From Antedon mediterranea (Eukaryota > Animalia > Echinodermata), in the NCBI RefSeq assembly GCF_964355755.1, contig NC_092678.1:8634422-8698421 (forward strand): DNA of 64,000 bases. Direction: 5' to 3'. Below are positions 13,016 through 28,009 of this stretch, piece after piece. Position numbers and translations under genes: made by a program. Each line of letters begins with the position of its first letter. Position 1 is the stretch's first letter. The notes under the pieces are model-generated. The model worked only from the letters and a program-made list of their open reading frames with translations, had not been told where the DNA came from and searched no databases.

Positions 13016-14059
13016 ACATGTATACGGTGTATTTTAAACCGTATGTTTTAGTACTCCGTTTCTGCTAGAAGTACTATCTTCGGTTGTCGTGTTAAAATTC
13101 ATCTTTTTTACCCAACCTGCCTTTCGATCCCCAATAATTCTTTCCCGAATTAGAATTTGTTGTCTTTGGCGATGTTGTAGCCTCTCAGCTTTTACAGTCT
13201 CACGCCGTACTCCTTTAATTGTAACTAAATTATCTTTCGAAATCTGGCTGTCCTGTTTGTTCCTTTTTAATTTTTTTCAAATCTTTGTTTCCCTATAACA
13301 GATTATTTGCAAATGTTGTGATGTTTTTCCTTACTTTCGTTGACTAGATTATTCATCCATGTGAAAAAGCTTACAGAAAATCAAAATATAGGCCTACGAT
13401 ATTTTTAATTGGCAGCAGAAAAGGGTGCCTAAAATACGGTATGAGTTTATAAATACCGTATTTTATCTAGGTGACTCCACTATTTTTGGTTTTATGATTG
13501 ATTGATTGACTGTATGGATATAGTCCCTCTTATATTTGTGTTTCCAATTTTGCTTTTACCCTGCATTAAATGTATGGAAATAGCACATACCCAGAGTAAG
13601 ATGGACAAAAAGGACATATAAAGTTAGAGATATACAAGTTTTTGCCAAAAAATGATGAATCAGATAAGACTCTTTAAAATAAAATACTTATCCAGTGTAT
13701 TGTTTCAGGGTACACACACAATTTTGTAGATATGCCCTTGGAATCGGAATTAATGCCACAGATCTTTCAGTTCAGAAATGGGGCGTTTTCCGATGAATGT
13801 AACTTGCATATTAAATACTATTCGTTTATGGTTATATCTTAAACACTAAGTAAAGTAAGATTCATATCAAAATTTTTCGATTTTGGATATGTTATTCTCC
13901 ATACAATGCCGCTTTTAATGATATAATAATAATACTAAATTTCTTTTTTACAATTTTTCCTGGTATATTTCCTACTTTTGGTTCAACTACCAGACTATTA
14001 TGTCATTTTACTCTGATATGGTGACAGCCAACTTAATTAATATAACTAGAGCGTGCGTG

Positions 14060-14450
14060 CCCACAGATGGTTTTTGAATATATAAATATGTATTGTGCAG
14101 CCCTTTGGTGTAACTATCGTATGAAGACTATTATATCTCTTAATTTATGCTACAATAATGCTCTGCGCCGCATACGTAATGTCTCTAGAAGTATAGTAGT
14201 GCCAGTGCAATGTTTATTGAACATGGTGTCCCTTCCTTCAATGAGCACATGCAAAAATCTACCTATGGTTTCATGCAACGTATGTTGAATAGTGGTAGCA
14301 TCCTTGTTGTTTGTGTATGCAAACATGCTCCATAACTCCAAAATTTATTGTAGATAAAGAAGCATTCTATATAATAAGTTTTTTTGTTTATAAGTTTATT
14401 AATATGGATGCTATTTTCGAAACAAAAAGAAAATTAATTGAATTGAATCG
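14060..14450 (+). mobile_element. LINE 3' fragment (CR1-group/RTE-X-like)
   Basis: NMYCAALWCNY......LNLCYNNALRRI motif and an (ATTGA)n tail. Confidence 0.55.
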
Positions 14451-15956
14451 ATGTACAAAACTTTAAATTGTCAAAGTGAACGCAAGGAATTTCACACACA
14501 ATACAATCACGATAGAATATTAGGTCTAGTTGAATATAATTGTGTCCATCATTTATTGGCCCAAAAGCTTAAGATGGATTACGTGAAACGTAACACATGC
14601 AAAGTCTGTTCATACATTGGGAAGGAACATCAACAAATATGTACACATTGCATTAAAGAACCTATCTACTCACCCACCAAAAATCCATATAATGTTTATA
14701 AATCCTAGGCAAAGCAAAGTGGGTACGGAAAGAAATTGGACAAAAAGTCCAATTTAACCTACTATTTATTTATAATGTAAAAAATAATTATCTAATTCAA
14801 CTTAATTAGAAAGCCTAATGGTTTGCAAGTGTTTCTTAGGGCCAGTTCATACTTAAGTTTGCTCCTACTCAACAATTTGTTCTGCATTACACATGCGTTC
14901 GTTCTTACTACGCTATTTTTTAGTTATTTATTTACCAAGGTAAGTGGGTTCCTACACACCAAAGTTAGCGGTAACTGTTGGTCATCAAACTAACTCTGGT
15001 AAATAACTATGTCTAAACGGACCCTTAGACAGTTATGTGATACAGCGATTTTAGTAAAAGCAATGTAGTAAAAAACAGTGGAAAACACCTCAATTCGGGA
15101 CAAGTCGTTCAACCAAAATTCACTTTAATCGTCAATAAATAATTATCTATCTCAACTTAATTAGTTGGCCTAATGGTTTTTAATTGCTGGTACAATTTAG
15201 TACGCATTAAAACTTTACGTCCTATAAAATCTGCGTGCTTACGTAATGCTACATACGCTCTTGCAATTGCCCAGATGGCTCTCGAATACAGGGATTTTGG
15301 CGTAAATAAATGGAAATTGTAAAAATGAAAACGAACGTATACAAACACGATGTAATTCTGTAGCCAAATATAATTTTCATGAGAATTTTAAAATTAAAAC
15401 TTTAGACTTGTGTGTTGCATAGTATCTGCCTGCCACATTCCTGTCTAGTTATTTTATAATGGAGTGGTATCTTCATAATTATAAAATTCGTATCAAACAA
15501 GGATTGTTTTCTTACAACGTCTTACAATTAAGGAATATTACAAATTGTAATATATATTAGTTGTATACATTGATTAGTATTTTCAGTGTTACTATTATAT
15601 ATTTTTGTCTGATTAAAATAAGAAATACTATACTGGCTCGGGTACTGGATTTACAATGGTACTCATTTACTGGATTTACAATGGTACTCATGGCATTAAG
15701 GGGGAGGTGTGGTAGTGTGGTAGTTAAACTAAAGTTGATAGTATAAACGGCAACTGAAAACGCTAGCTCATTATCTGTTTTAATTAATACCTATACCCCA
15801 TATCTGCAGCCACAGTTTGAAAAAAAAATGACTGTTATGAGTGTGGTGTTATTAATCCTGAGGGAATATAAAACCTAAATTCGTTTTAATTGTCAATAAC
15901 TACCGGTAATTATCTAACTCAACTTAAATAGTAAACAGGATTACATTAGGTGGTTG

Positions 15957-16330
15957 AAATAAGTACAGAAAGTATGAACCAACTTTATATACAATCGAGT
16001 AAGTTACGCGCGATTATCCGAATGTTGTCCTTAAATAAATTTATATATAGACAAGATGGTTCTCGTATACACATAGTACAGTAATTTCAGGTAAAAAATT
16101 TCAAAATGTACGTACCACAGGACTAATATAAAATAGCCTACATATCGTTTACTTGAATGAATAAATAGACACATGGGGATTTGAATGTAGTCAACTAAAA
16201 TTAGTACGCCTATATATGTATTCTAGAACCATCTTTTCTATATATAAATTTATTTAAGGACAAAATTCGGTAAATCGCGCGTAACTTACTCGATTGTATA
16301 TAAAGTTGGTTCATACTTTCGATACTTATT
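15957..16330. repeat. Inverted repeat with ~105-bp arms
   Basis: 15957-16062 vs 16225-16330 in reverse complement; a third related copy lies at 17165-17345. Confidence 0.8.
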
Positions 16331-17544
16331 GCCTGGCAATTTATACATTTCTAAATTCCATGCAGCCTTTCATTATGTAAGAGACAGATCAAATTGATCA
16401 TTAGACTACAGTACTACTTCACTCGTGAACACACTATTTTAAATAATACAGGTTTAACAACATTCAATTAGCTGTAGCTTTTTTATATGTATAGGCCTAT
16501 TGCGCCTTTACTTATCAAACTTATCAAGGCGCATTACAGATAACTAAGGCTGGCTGTGTTTATACAACACCCTAAATTTGAACACGTCTTTAATTTTTAG
16601 CGTGTTGCACGGGCCGAGGTCAACCCCCCCCCCCCCCCAAAAAAAACCTTGCAGTTAAATCGTAATACCGTGTTATACCGTAGTTCATAATCCTAAGTTA
16701 TACATATACTTGCATGCATTATGAATTAATATGAGTTTATATTAAGGATTTTAATAACGTTTAAAATTAGTTTATTCAATTATTGATTTTTTAAATCTGC
16801 TTTTGAAATTAGAACAAAAAATGTTTTAGAATTAGGATAAAACTATGCTACATTTTGCCAAATTATACCAACATTTGATTATCGTTAATGGTAAGTGCTA
16901 AATCGGTTAAAATAAGCAAAAAAAAAAAAACAATTATCTACTATTATCTACTAGATTTGGTCAACATTTTCACAGCACATACTTTTATTTAACGAGAGGT
17001 CAAAACAATACCCTGAGGTCTCATTCTTTATGTATCAGAACTAGTTTGGAGATTTTAACTTCTTTTAACTATGGTATCAGTTTGAAGCCATACATTCAAA
17101 TATATGAGAGACGTTAAAATATTGTACTTTTACAACTGTTGGTGAAACATCATCAAACCCGGTGGCTTCTATATATAAATTTACGTAAGGGCAAAATTCG
17201 GTAAATCGCGCCTTACTTCTAGAATTTTTACTCGATGGTATATAAAGTTGGTTCGTACTCTCGGTACTGATTTTAACCACCTGATGTAACCCTGTTTACT
17301 AATTAAATTAAGTTAGATAATAAGTTATTGACGGTTAAAACGAATTTAGGTTCCAAGATTTGCCCCAAATAGGGGTGTTTTCCGACCGTGGTATACACTG
17401 TATAATGGATGTCCGTCTTGAAAAATACCCGCCACAAAAATGCGAGGAGGCTTCGCATTTTCCTATCTCCTCCTACGATAATTGTTTTTAATAGCTGAAA
17501 ACCGGTTGAACAGCTAGAGTACACCATCATAATGTTGAAGACAG

Positions 17545-18490
17545 GCCGATATTCTTTAAAAAATACTATTTTGATAGATTTAATATACGATTATACAAAT
17601 CTATTGATTTGCGATGAATGGAACATCCCAATCTCTCAGTCTGCCAGAGTTTGGTTTAACACAAGTACTGTAGGTAAATTTATGAGCCCTTGGTTTAACA
17701 CATACGGTAGGTAAATATATGGGCCCTTTGAGAATAAACTTGCGAGATTGTGGATAGGCTCTACTGTTAGATATATAAACACAATATTATATACAAATAA
17801 ACTTTATACTGACAGTTCTTTCTCAACGTTTGTATTAATTAATAATTACCAAATATAAACGTCGTAGTGGTGTATCGTGACATGGTACTTTAATATTTCA
17901 ATCGATTATGACAGTGACAGTTTTAACTAAACTAAATAAAGAATGTTCTCTAATATAATTAGGAATCTCTTGCCATACACGGGGAAAATTAGTGTACAAT
18001 GAATATTTAAAATAAATAAATAAATAAATAAAATAAAAAAAGTATTAAATCGCAAATGTTTTACTGTATTTAGAGGTATATTATTTATAGGCCTATAAAA
18101 CATGAAAAAAATATTTCGTTACTGAGTGGATAAAGAATATATTTAAAATTGTTCCTCTTTGTACCTATCCGCTTTCCCATCCCTCAACCCTAATGTTACA
18201 TACAAAACACAAATTGGGTTTCTTTAAATGAGTTCAAATCAAAAACTTGGACTCATTTTGTGATAAGTTTCTCCTTCGGAAGTAATTCCCAGGGTGCTAA
18301 TTTTAGTTGACTACATAAATCATCGTGTCTATTTATTCGTTTCTGTAAACGACAATGTATAGGCCTATAGTCCTGCGGTACGTACATTTGAAATCGCCAG
18401 TTTTGTTACGCTGAAATTACTGTGTATTCGAGAACCATCTGTGGGCACGACCTAGATGGTACGCGAGCGAAGCGAGCGTACCATCTAGTT
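17545..18490 (+). repeat. Helitron/Helentron-like non-autonomous repeat
   Basis: Direct copy of ~45-870; ends in the hairpin CTAGATGGTACGC-GAGCGAAGCGA-GCGTACCATCTAG|T. Related pieces occur at ~16050-16200, 61325-61490 and 63277-63540 (minus). Confidence 0.6.
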
Positions 18491-19779
18491 GTTTGAATTA
18501 AGAGATTTAATCATTTTGTTACATAGCGAGTGAGTTGCTTTGTTTGTTTATAAGGTATTCAGAATATTTTGTCGTAGTAGACTCACATTTTCAATAACCT
18601 TTACAACCGATATTAACAAAATAATCATAATGTGATTTGCATGAAACACGATTGTTCTGTTTCTCTAAAATTATCGGAAGGAAATAACAAATTAATTTAT
18701 AAAACATTATTATGAAGGAATACATTCTACCGAAACGAATTGTGTAGGCCTACTGGCAACCAAATGTTTGATGAAGATGTATTGTACTATAAAATGGGTT
18801 TTGAATAAACATAGAAAAACGTATATAAATCTATTATTAATATTTAAAAATGGTTAAAAATAGAGAAATAGGCCTAATATAAAAAAAAAATAAAAAAAAA
18901 AATAAAAAAGTAGCACTTAAATAAACCCGGCCTAAGACTAATTGATCATGAATCAGCAGCACATAGGGTAAATGAGTAAATGACATGAGTAAATTTGTAC
19001 AAATTAAGAGAAAATTAACGTTAACCAAAAATACACAATTACAATTAAAAGAATAAAATGCAAACAGGGTTGCCAAAATCATACCTCCATGTTGGTTAGT
19101 AGGACCTCAATCCAGGTATCCCAATTAACGTATCATCGACTAACATAACCGTCTGTATTATATCCCCCCAAGCTGGTAGCCTATATAATACAGTTACGTC
19201 ATTATGGTGTGCAAATTATTTTATTACTGAGTGCTAATTTTCCATACAAACTAATTGTTGAGCACTACGGAATTGAATTCTAATTTATTTTCTAATTTTT
19301 TTCAGAGGACAATATATCACTAAAATCTGTTTACTGTCTAGCCTATTTCTACTCCATCCAAAAATCCTTACAAGCATATTCATCAATACACATTGTATTC
19401 TCTTTTAAAGATAAAAACATCTGTTTAAAAGCATTTATTTTATTTATAAATACAAATTGCTTCTAATTCATTGCATTTTTATACATTCTTCTAGAATAAT
19501 GTATTTCAATCTCAGTAACATTATATTTTATACAGTTTGGAAAACTTTCAATGTTCAACTTTCGACGTTTCGTTAATGGGCAAATATGCAACAACTTAAA
19601 ATTATATTGTGCAAGTTTTTGTTTTCTTTAAGACCAGAAACTTTCTTAACCAATATTTTCTTCTTCAAATATGGATTCTCACATATAATAATAATAATAA
19701 TAATAATAATAGCCTGTGCAATTGGTGTAATATAATCATCATCATAATTATCATCAAAAACATCCTCCTCCTCATCATC

Positions 19780-20030
19780 ATCAGTTCCTTGACATGAAAT
19801 GGCAGTGACATGACGCTTTCCATTATTTTTGAATTTTTTATTCTTTCATCATCATCAGTTCCGCCGTGCGACATGACGCTTTCCACTATTTTAACTTTTT
19901 TAACTCTTTCATTATCATCATCATCCTCATCAGTTCCGCCGTGCGACATGACGCTTTCCACTATTTTTACTTTTTTAACTCTTTCATTATCATCATCAGT
20001 TCCGCCGTGCGACATGAGGCTTTCCACCAT
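19780..20030. repeat. ~60-75-bp tandem repeat, 4 copies
   Basis: CATCATCAGTTCCGCCGTGCGACATGACGCTTTCCA recurs. Confidence 0.85.
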
Positions 20031-20269
20031 GTTATGCTATTTCACACTGTCATTACCAGTTCCACCTCTCATTTTTCACTATTTTATGCAATTCTACTAT
20101 GCGTGCTGACAACCAACTTAATCAATAAAATGTAAGAAAAGAAATACAAGTGGAAAATGACGCGCACCACAGCAATCGAACTTTAAATTGGGCGCGTTGT
20201 GAGCACGTTATGTACTAACGATATATCTGGCGTTGTACATACGTCTCATAATATATGCATGTAAAACGT

Positions 20270-20660
20270 GGGTGATTAATGTAAGAGATCAAAGGCGAAT
20301 TGAAGATTTTAAGACGTAGTGCTGGAGAAAGCTTTAAGGTATACTATGGACAGCCAGCCAGTCAGCTAGAAAAAAACCAACGAAGGTGTTAGGCACGAAA
20401 TAGGCAAAAGAATACACACTACTTACATCGGTTGTCAAACCAAAACTGCAATACTTTGCCAGACGGAATAGAAATAATCTGGAGAAAATGGTTATTTGGA
20501 GGGGAGAAGGAAGACAAAAAGTCAGATGGATAGAGGGAATATGTGATGCAGCAAAAACTCCCAATAAGCAGTTGCTACAAAGAAGCACAAGATCGGCATA
20601 ATATGGAGATATTTTATCAGAATTATTACGAGTACTCAGATATGAGTAGAGGGAGTTCAA
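20270..20660 (+). mobile_element. RTE-clade LINE C-terminal fragment, decayed
   Basis: Across frames: RIEDF...CWRKL.GILWT..KTNEGV...KLQYF...NLEKMVI...GRQKVRWIEGI, typical of the RTE RT C-terminus. Confidence 0.6.
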
Positions 20661-20665
20661 CCTAA

Positions 20666-20844
20666 AGCGTGGTTCCCACTAGCGACGCAACGCAAGGACG
20701 TAACGCAACGCAAGTGAATTGACAAATCACAAGCGATGGCTTATTCGCTTGTGATTGCTAACTGTCTATAACTGCGCTTGTCATTGGTTAAAACGCTTGC
20801 GTTGCGTTTACGTCCTTGCGTTACGTTCTAGTGGGAACCCAGCT
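20666..20844. mobile_element. Palindromic PIF/Harbinger-like MITE, copy 1
   Basis: TAA flanks; AGCGTGGTTCCCACTAG...CTAGTGGGAACCCAGCT; self-complementary along its length. Confidence 0.7.
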
Positions 20845-20922
20845 TAATGCAATAACATGTCTGGTGACTCCCTAGAAAGTAAAAATGATGGGTATAGGCC
20901 TACGGTAGATAATGTTTGCTAA

Positions 20923-21104
20923 AGCGTTGTTCCCACAAGCGACGCAACACAAGGACGTAACGCAACGCAAGTGAATTGACCAATCTCAAGCGATGGCTTA
21001 TTCGCTTGTGATTGCTAACTGTCTATAACTTCGCTGCTTGTCATTTTTTAAAACGCTTGCGTTGCGTTTACGTCCTTGCGTTACGTTCTAGTGGGAACCA
21101 AGGT
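20923..21104. mobile_element. Palindromic PIF/Harbinger-like MITE, copy 2
   Basis: Near-identical to 20666-20844, with TAA flanks. Confidence 0.7.
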
Positions 21105-21546
21105 TAAAGCACGAAAATAAAAACATCTGAAGTTGAATAAAACACCAGAAACGTAAACTTCAAGTTATATTACCTAATATTTAGTCATCTGATAACAGGT
21201 TCTACCACACCGTTTAGTTATCATAGTTTTTTTTTTAAATGCCTCTCTATTTACAACATTTGTGTACAAAAGAATAGATATTAGGGGCGTACCCAGGAGT
21301 GTTGCCCTAGTTGTTGCCCAGGCAACACCCTTAACTTCATACTAAATGTTTTTTCTGCCACTAAATTGAAATGTTGATCCTATTTCATTATATATACTGT
21401 ACTGTAATCAGGAAGGTATAAAAATAAATGTTTCTTATTACTTTTGTAATAATGATTGGGATTTCAATACTTTACTTTTCAATATTTATAAAAATACATT
21501 CACATGATAAACGAAGGGCCGCTAAATTGAACATAGAAGGTAAAAG

Positions 21547-24500
21547 ACCGGGCGCCCGGAAGATTTATTCATGTGAAAAGATACAAAAGGTTTGATGATG
21601 TAGTTAGGTGCGTATTAGGGCGAGATGCAATATTCGACATTGCTGCCGGGTCACAGCCTGTACATAGGGCCTGTGGGGATCATAACATAGGGGGGTAAAA
21701 ATGCATTTATTTATGTGAAGCGATACAAGGATAAACTTTTTTGGATATCATTCGCAGTGGGCTACTAATGATAACATCACCAATGACAGCAACTTTATCC
21801 TGTACGGGGCGCCAAACAGCAACATTTTAGGGCCACGCCCAAATGGGTTTATTCATGTGAAGCGATACAAGGTTGAATCTTTTTTTAATGGCAGCAGTAT
21901 ATATTGGGGATGTCAAAAACACCAATGACAGCAACTTTATCCTGTACATAAGCTCAGACAGCAGCCCTAAAGGTCCGCAGTTTCCCCTAGTATTCGGCTA
22001 TATACTCGGCGCGTATGTCGTCTAATGGCGTTCAGCTGAGTTAGAAATACGTGATACGGACTCGGACTGACAATAAATACACAGTAGAATGATAAAACAA
22101 TAAATAAAGAGAGCAGTTGTTTCCTGTATGTACCAAATCATCAAACATCAAACTCTTAGGAACTCGCCCAAAATAGGTTTATCCATGAAGTGTGTAATCA
22201 TTTTTGAAAAAAATGGGGTTTTTTTTCACTTTATCTGGTACACGTACAGCAGCTCAAATGCCCGAGGCTCCATTCGTGATTAACAATGTTGATAATACAA
22301 ACACATTCACGATAACGTGTGACTTTTATTTTATAATTGAAATATATCTTTATTTGGAATAATAAATAACACCAACAAAAACACTTCAGCAGATTTGTAT
22401 TTTAGGGTAACATTTTGAACAATCAATATTATATCAAAATCATTATTTCGATCAAAATAATATAATTTAAGAATATTTTTCAGATAAACTAAATAATTAC
22501 ACTCATAATGATCGACACCGGTACCGATTATTGTGCTTTATTATTATAACTCGATTTAAATATTGTTTTAATTACACACTAGACACTAGGCCTATAGTGA
22601 TATGTCTATATGAATGAAGGCAACGAAATTTAAATTTGCAACATTTTTTAACATAACATTAACATAACATAATAGTAAAGTAAATAATAGTTCGAATTCA
22701 ACATAATCACTTAGAGAATTGGTAAGGTATAGATTAGACTATCGATTGCTCACTATTAATGTATTTTTAACTCAATTTAAATAAAAAAACGTAACCGTTT
22801 TCATGTGAATTAGACTGATAAAAACCAACAAATAACTTAATCGGCCAACATTTTAAACATCGTTACTTGTCCATAATTGATCGACTATTGTATCGATTAC
22901 TGCACATTGTTTTACTGAAACAAAGTAAAATTTGTAATTGTTACTGTACTAACATTAGACAGTGATATCTGATAAAAGGCAACATTAATTAATATTAATA
23001 ATACTGAACCAAATTAAATATCGTTACTTATCCACAATGGATCGACTACTGTATTGATTATTGCACATTATTTACTAACTAACATAAGAAAGTGATATCT
23101 GATAAAACGCAACAAACTGAATCGAATTAAATATCGTTACTTATCCATAATGGATCGACTACTGTATTGATTACTGCACATTATTTTACTATAACTGCCC
23201 TAGTCAAATATAAAATTGTTACTGTACTAACATTAGACAGTGATATCTGATAAAATGCAACATACTCAGGACCAAATTAAATATCGTTACTTATCCATAA
23301 TTGATCGACTACTGTATCGATTATTGCACATTATTTTACTATAACTGCCCAAGTCAAATTTAAAATTGTTACTGTACTAACATTATACAGTGATATCTGA
23401 TAAAATGCATACTCAGGACCAAATTAAATATCGTTACTTATCCATAATGGATCGACTACTGTATCGATTATTGCACCTTATTTTACTATAACTGCCTAAG
23501 TCAAATTTAAAATTATTACTGTACTAACATTATACAGTGATATCTGATAAAAGGCAACATTAATAATACTGGACAAAATTAAATATCATTACTTATCCAC
23601 AATGGATCGACTACTGTATTGATTATTGCACTGAACCCAGGTCGAATATGTTACATGCAGTGTAACTACCGACACACTGTAAAAGCACAATTGAGCAAAG
23701 ATATCGAGGTTACTGGCTGTATGCATTAAATAACTGAATATTGTACATTCATCATATTCCATTGTTACTAGCTAAACAGAATACACGATATAATAAAACC
23801 AATAGGGTCTATTGGATTTCTTTTTACATGATTTGTGACAGCGTCATTTATAAATTTGATTATATCACACTGTAATGATACTGGATTCTTCTTGCCAACT
23901 ATCTATGGATCAAATAGTTCAGTATTTACATTTGATATATCATAAAATATTTACTTCAAAACTCTCAAATGTTTTATGTAAACGATTAAAAACTGTTAAA
24001 TCAGCCATAATGCATAATCTTTTGAGTTTATCTATTCGTCATCATCCATCATCACAGTCACTTTCTCTGTCATCACTTCAAGGTTGGTCATCATCGATTT
24101 CAGCTTCAAAATCTATTATTTCAAGTTCTTCATCATAATTTTGTTCCAATATTCCTGCATAAGTATCAAGAACTGTGTTTGATTCAGCACTTTGTTCCGA
24201 GTGTGGATCACTAGTCAACGTATCTGGTAGAGCATTTCCTTCAAACCATTTAGGTACATACCTTCCATCACCATTATCAACCCATCATACTTTAATGGGT
24301 GTAGGTTTTGTGTTGGCTGAGGAGTATGAGCGTGTCTCCACATAATAGATATACATAATTTGCAGATGCTGGGTGATTGTGATTTCACATGGTGGCAATG
24401 ACGAACAGTTGATCTTCTTGAATTTCTTCTTTCCAGTTGTCATTTTGCGAAGCGATTGGTACCTGGCCTCATTAATACTGTTCATGCTTTAAACCCATAT

Positions 24501-26445
24501 ATCTTGCATACATAGGCAGTGACTGCGGGTTTGTCCATCCTGTCACCACAAAGCGATCGCAATGCAGCAACATGTTTCTTGTCCTTCACTAAATAATATG
24601 TAAAATGGGATTGACTTGCCGTTGCGGTAAAATCCAGTATCATTACAGTGTGATATAATCATATTTATAAATGACGCTGTCACAAATCATGTAAAAAGAA
24701 ATCCAATAGCCCCTATTGGTTTTATTATATCGTGTATTCTGTTCAGCTAGTAATGCAATATGAGGAATGTACAATATTTAGTAATTTAATGCATACAGCC
24801 AGTAACCTCGATGTCTTTGCTCAATTGTGCTTTTACAGTGTGTCGGTAGTTACACTGCATGTAAAATATTCGACCTGGGTTCAGTTAGAGATAAGCAACG
24901 ATATTTAATTTGGTCCAGTGTTATTAGTGTAACAATTTTAAATTTGACTTGGGCAGTTATAGTAAAATAATGTGCAATAATTGATACAGTAGTCGATCCA
25001 TTGTGGATAAGTAACGATATTTAATTTGGTTCAGTATTATTAATATTAATTAATGTTGCCTTTTATCAGATATCACTGTCTAATGTTAGTACAGTAACAA
25101 TTAAAAGTTTGACTTTGGTTCAGTTAAAGTAAAACAATGTGCAGTAATCGATACAATAGTCAAAACAATAAGTTTTTTGTTGGTTTCACATGAAAACGGT
25201 TACTTTAAAAAAAAATTAAATTGAGTTAAAAATACAGTAATAGTGTGCAATCGATAGTCTAATCTATACCTTACAAATTCTCTAAGTGATTATGTTGAAT
25301 TCGAACTATTATTTACTTTACTATTATGTTATGTTATGTTAAAAAATGTTGCAAATTTAAATTTCGTTGCCTTCATTCATATAGACATATCACTATAGGC
25401 CTAGTGTCTAGTGTGTAATTAAAACAATATTTAAATCGAGTTATAATAATAATGTACAATAATAGGTACCGGTGTCGATCATTATGAGTGTAATTATTTA
25501 GTTTATCTGAAAAATATTCTTAAATTATATTATTTTGATCGAAATAATGATTTTGATATAAAATTGATTGTTCAAAATGTTACCCTAAAATACAAATCTG
25601 CTGTTGGTTATTTTAAGTGTTTGTTGGTGTTATTTATTATTCCAAAATAAAGATATATTTCAATTATAAAATAAAAGTCACTCGTTATCGTGAATGTGTT
25701 TGTATTATCGACATTGTTGATCACGAATGGAGCCTCGGGCATTTGAGGTGCTGTGTACCGGATAAAGTGAAAAAAAAACCAACATTTTTTTAAAAAAATG
25801 ATTCATACTTCATGGATAAACCCATTTTGGGCGAGTTCCTAAGAGTTTGATGTTTGATGATTTGGTACAGCAAACAACTGCTCTCTTTATTTATTGTTTT
25901 ATCATTCTACTGTGTATTTATTGTCAGTCCGAGTCCGTATCACGTATTTCTAACTCAGCTGAACGCCATAAGACGACATACGCGCCGAGTATATAGCCGA
26001 ATAGGGGGAAACTGCGGACCTTTAGGGCTGCTGTCTGAGCTTATGTACAGAATAAAGTTGCTGTCATTCGTGTTTTTGTCATCCCCAATATGTACTGCTG
26101 CCATTAAAAAAAGATTCAACCTTGTATCGCTTCACATGAATAAACCCATTTGGGCGTGGCCCTCAAATGTTGCTGTTTGGCGCCCCGTACAGGATAAAGT
26201 TGCTGTCATTGGTGATGTAATCATTAGTAGCCCACTGCGATTGATATCCAAAAAAGTTTATCCTTGTATCGCTTCACATGAATAAATGCATTTTTACCCC
26301 CCTATGTTATGATCCCCACAGGCCCTATGTACAGGCTGTGACCCGGCAGCAATGTCGAATATTGCATCTCACCCTAATATGCACCTAACTACATCATCAA
26401 ACCTTTTGTATCTTTTCACATGAATAAATCTTCCGGGCGCCCGGT
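21547..26445. mobile_element. Non-autonomous Academ(X)-like fold-back element B with ~2 kb inverted arms
   Basis: Arms 21547-23888 and 24632-26445 are near-identical reverse complements, with more ~130-bp subrepeats in the left arm. The spacer (minus) encodes a decayed FYRNGK..P / YVCKIYG / INEARY / SLPPC..TITQHL / YVPKWFEG.ALP segment plus an acidic tail. Confidence 0.8.
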
Positions 26446-26994
26446 TAACCATAAATGTAATAAACTTGTGTTAAGGGCGTATGTTGTAATAGTTGTGGTT
26501 TACGTTTTGCTGGTTGCGGTGGGCAAATGAATATTTTCGAATTATGTTCACAATGTACTATGGCAACTTAAAGTTGTTTAAAGGGACGAGAGTTAAAAGA
26601 TCACAATTTCTAGGGGATTCAATTATTTTAGGCATACTAGCTAAAATACCACAATTCTGAATTATCATCTTTCATTCTGTTACAGATACATTAAATGTTC
26701 TATTGATTATGTTTGATTGTACATGTTCTGGTGCATCCAGAATAGATTTTGCTTCGGCCGATTCTCATTTAAAAAAAGAATAAAAAGGTTTTGTTTGTAC
26801 AAAATAAGAACATCCTCTTTGATAATATATACGTAACAGTAACTTTATGAGTTGTCAGATAGTTCCATCAAAACGTATTCATGAAAAGACAAGACAGAGA
26901 AAATAAATGCCATATCTGTAAGCAAGGTAAGACTCAACGTTAAAGTAACAACTGTGGTCACTTGGTATTAACTTCTTGGGTATAGGTTCCAGTA

Positions 26995-27750
26995 TATGAA
27001 AAGAAAAATAATTATAAAGTATAAACAATATACATATTTGTATGGTTAAAATTTCACAAGCTACACTCGAATTTTACTGTGACTGGTTGTTGTACCTGAA
27101 CTATTAAAACACTATCTTAAAATTATTGGTGATGAGTTGTTTCCCGTTCATGAAAAGAAAAAATTATAAAATATAAACAAAATACATATTTGTATAGTTG
27201 AAATTTCACAATCTAGACTCGAATTTAACTGTTACTGGTGGTTATACCTTAAATTATTAAAGCATCATTTTGAAATTCTTGGTTATGAGTTGGTTTGCGA
27301 GTTCAAGAAAAGAAAAAGAATTTCAAAGTAAATAAAACACATTGTATATTGTAAAACGTTTAATTTAACTTTTAAAAGCTAAAATGGAATTTTCAAACAT
27401 CAACTATCAGTGGTTGTTTTTACCTAACATTTTGGAGAAGACATTAATGGTGATGAGTTGTGGTACTTCCCGAAACTGAAAGGGAAAATAGAATTACAAA
27501 TTTATATAAAAAATGATATTTGTATGTAAAACGCTTAGGCTATTTCAACTAGCATTTGTATATTTGTAAAACGTTTTCAGGTTTTTCAGGTTAATTCAAA
27601 CTCGAATTTATAAAAAATGTAATGTCTTTACCTAAAATGTTGAAAAATGTTGCTTAAACATCATCATTTCTTTTTGTTGATAAGTCGTAGTGATAGTGCT
27701 CTCGTCAAACAATGAAAATAAAGAATAATAAAAGTATTGGTAGAACTTGA
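26995..27750. repeat. Degenerate ~150-bp tandem repeat downstream of the kinase pseudogene
   Basis: GAAAAGAAAA...CATATTTGTA...CTCGAATTT...GGTGATGAGTTG recurs at ~26998, 27151, 27307 and 27478. Confidence 0.6.
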
Positions 27751-28009
27751 TGAAGGCTCAAACAATTTCGATTGCCTTGGCTAGACTAGAGTAATATAAC
27801 GGGATTAAATGTTCATACCTAAAATGTTGATATTGACTTGATTATGTCGTGTCACCATCAGAAAGTATAAGTAAAAAACACTGATTATTAAACACTTATA
27901 AACAAATAAATGATATTTTGGTTGATAGAGTTGTAGTTGATACCCCAACATGTTAGATTTATCTTCTCATTTTCTTTATAGATGTCCAAGATGTTGATTA
28001 CCCAATCTA

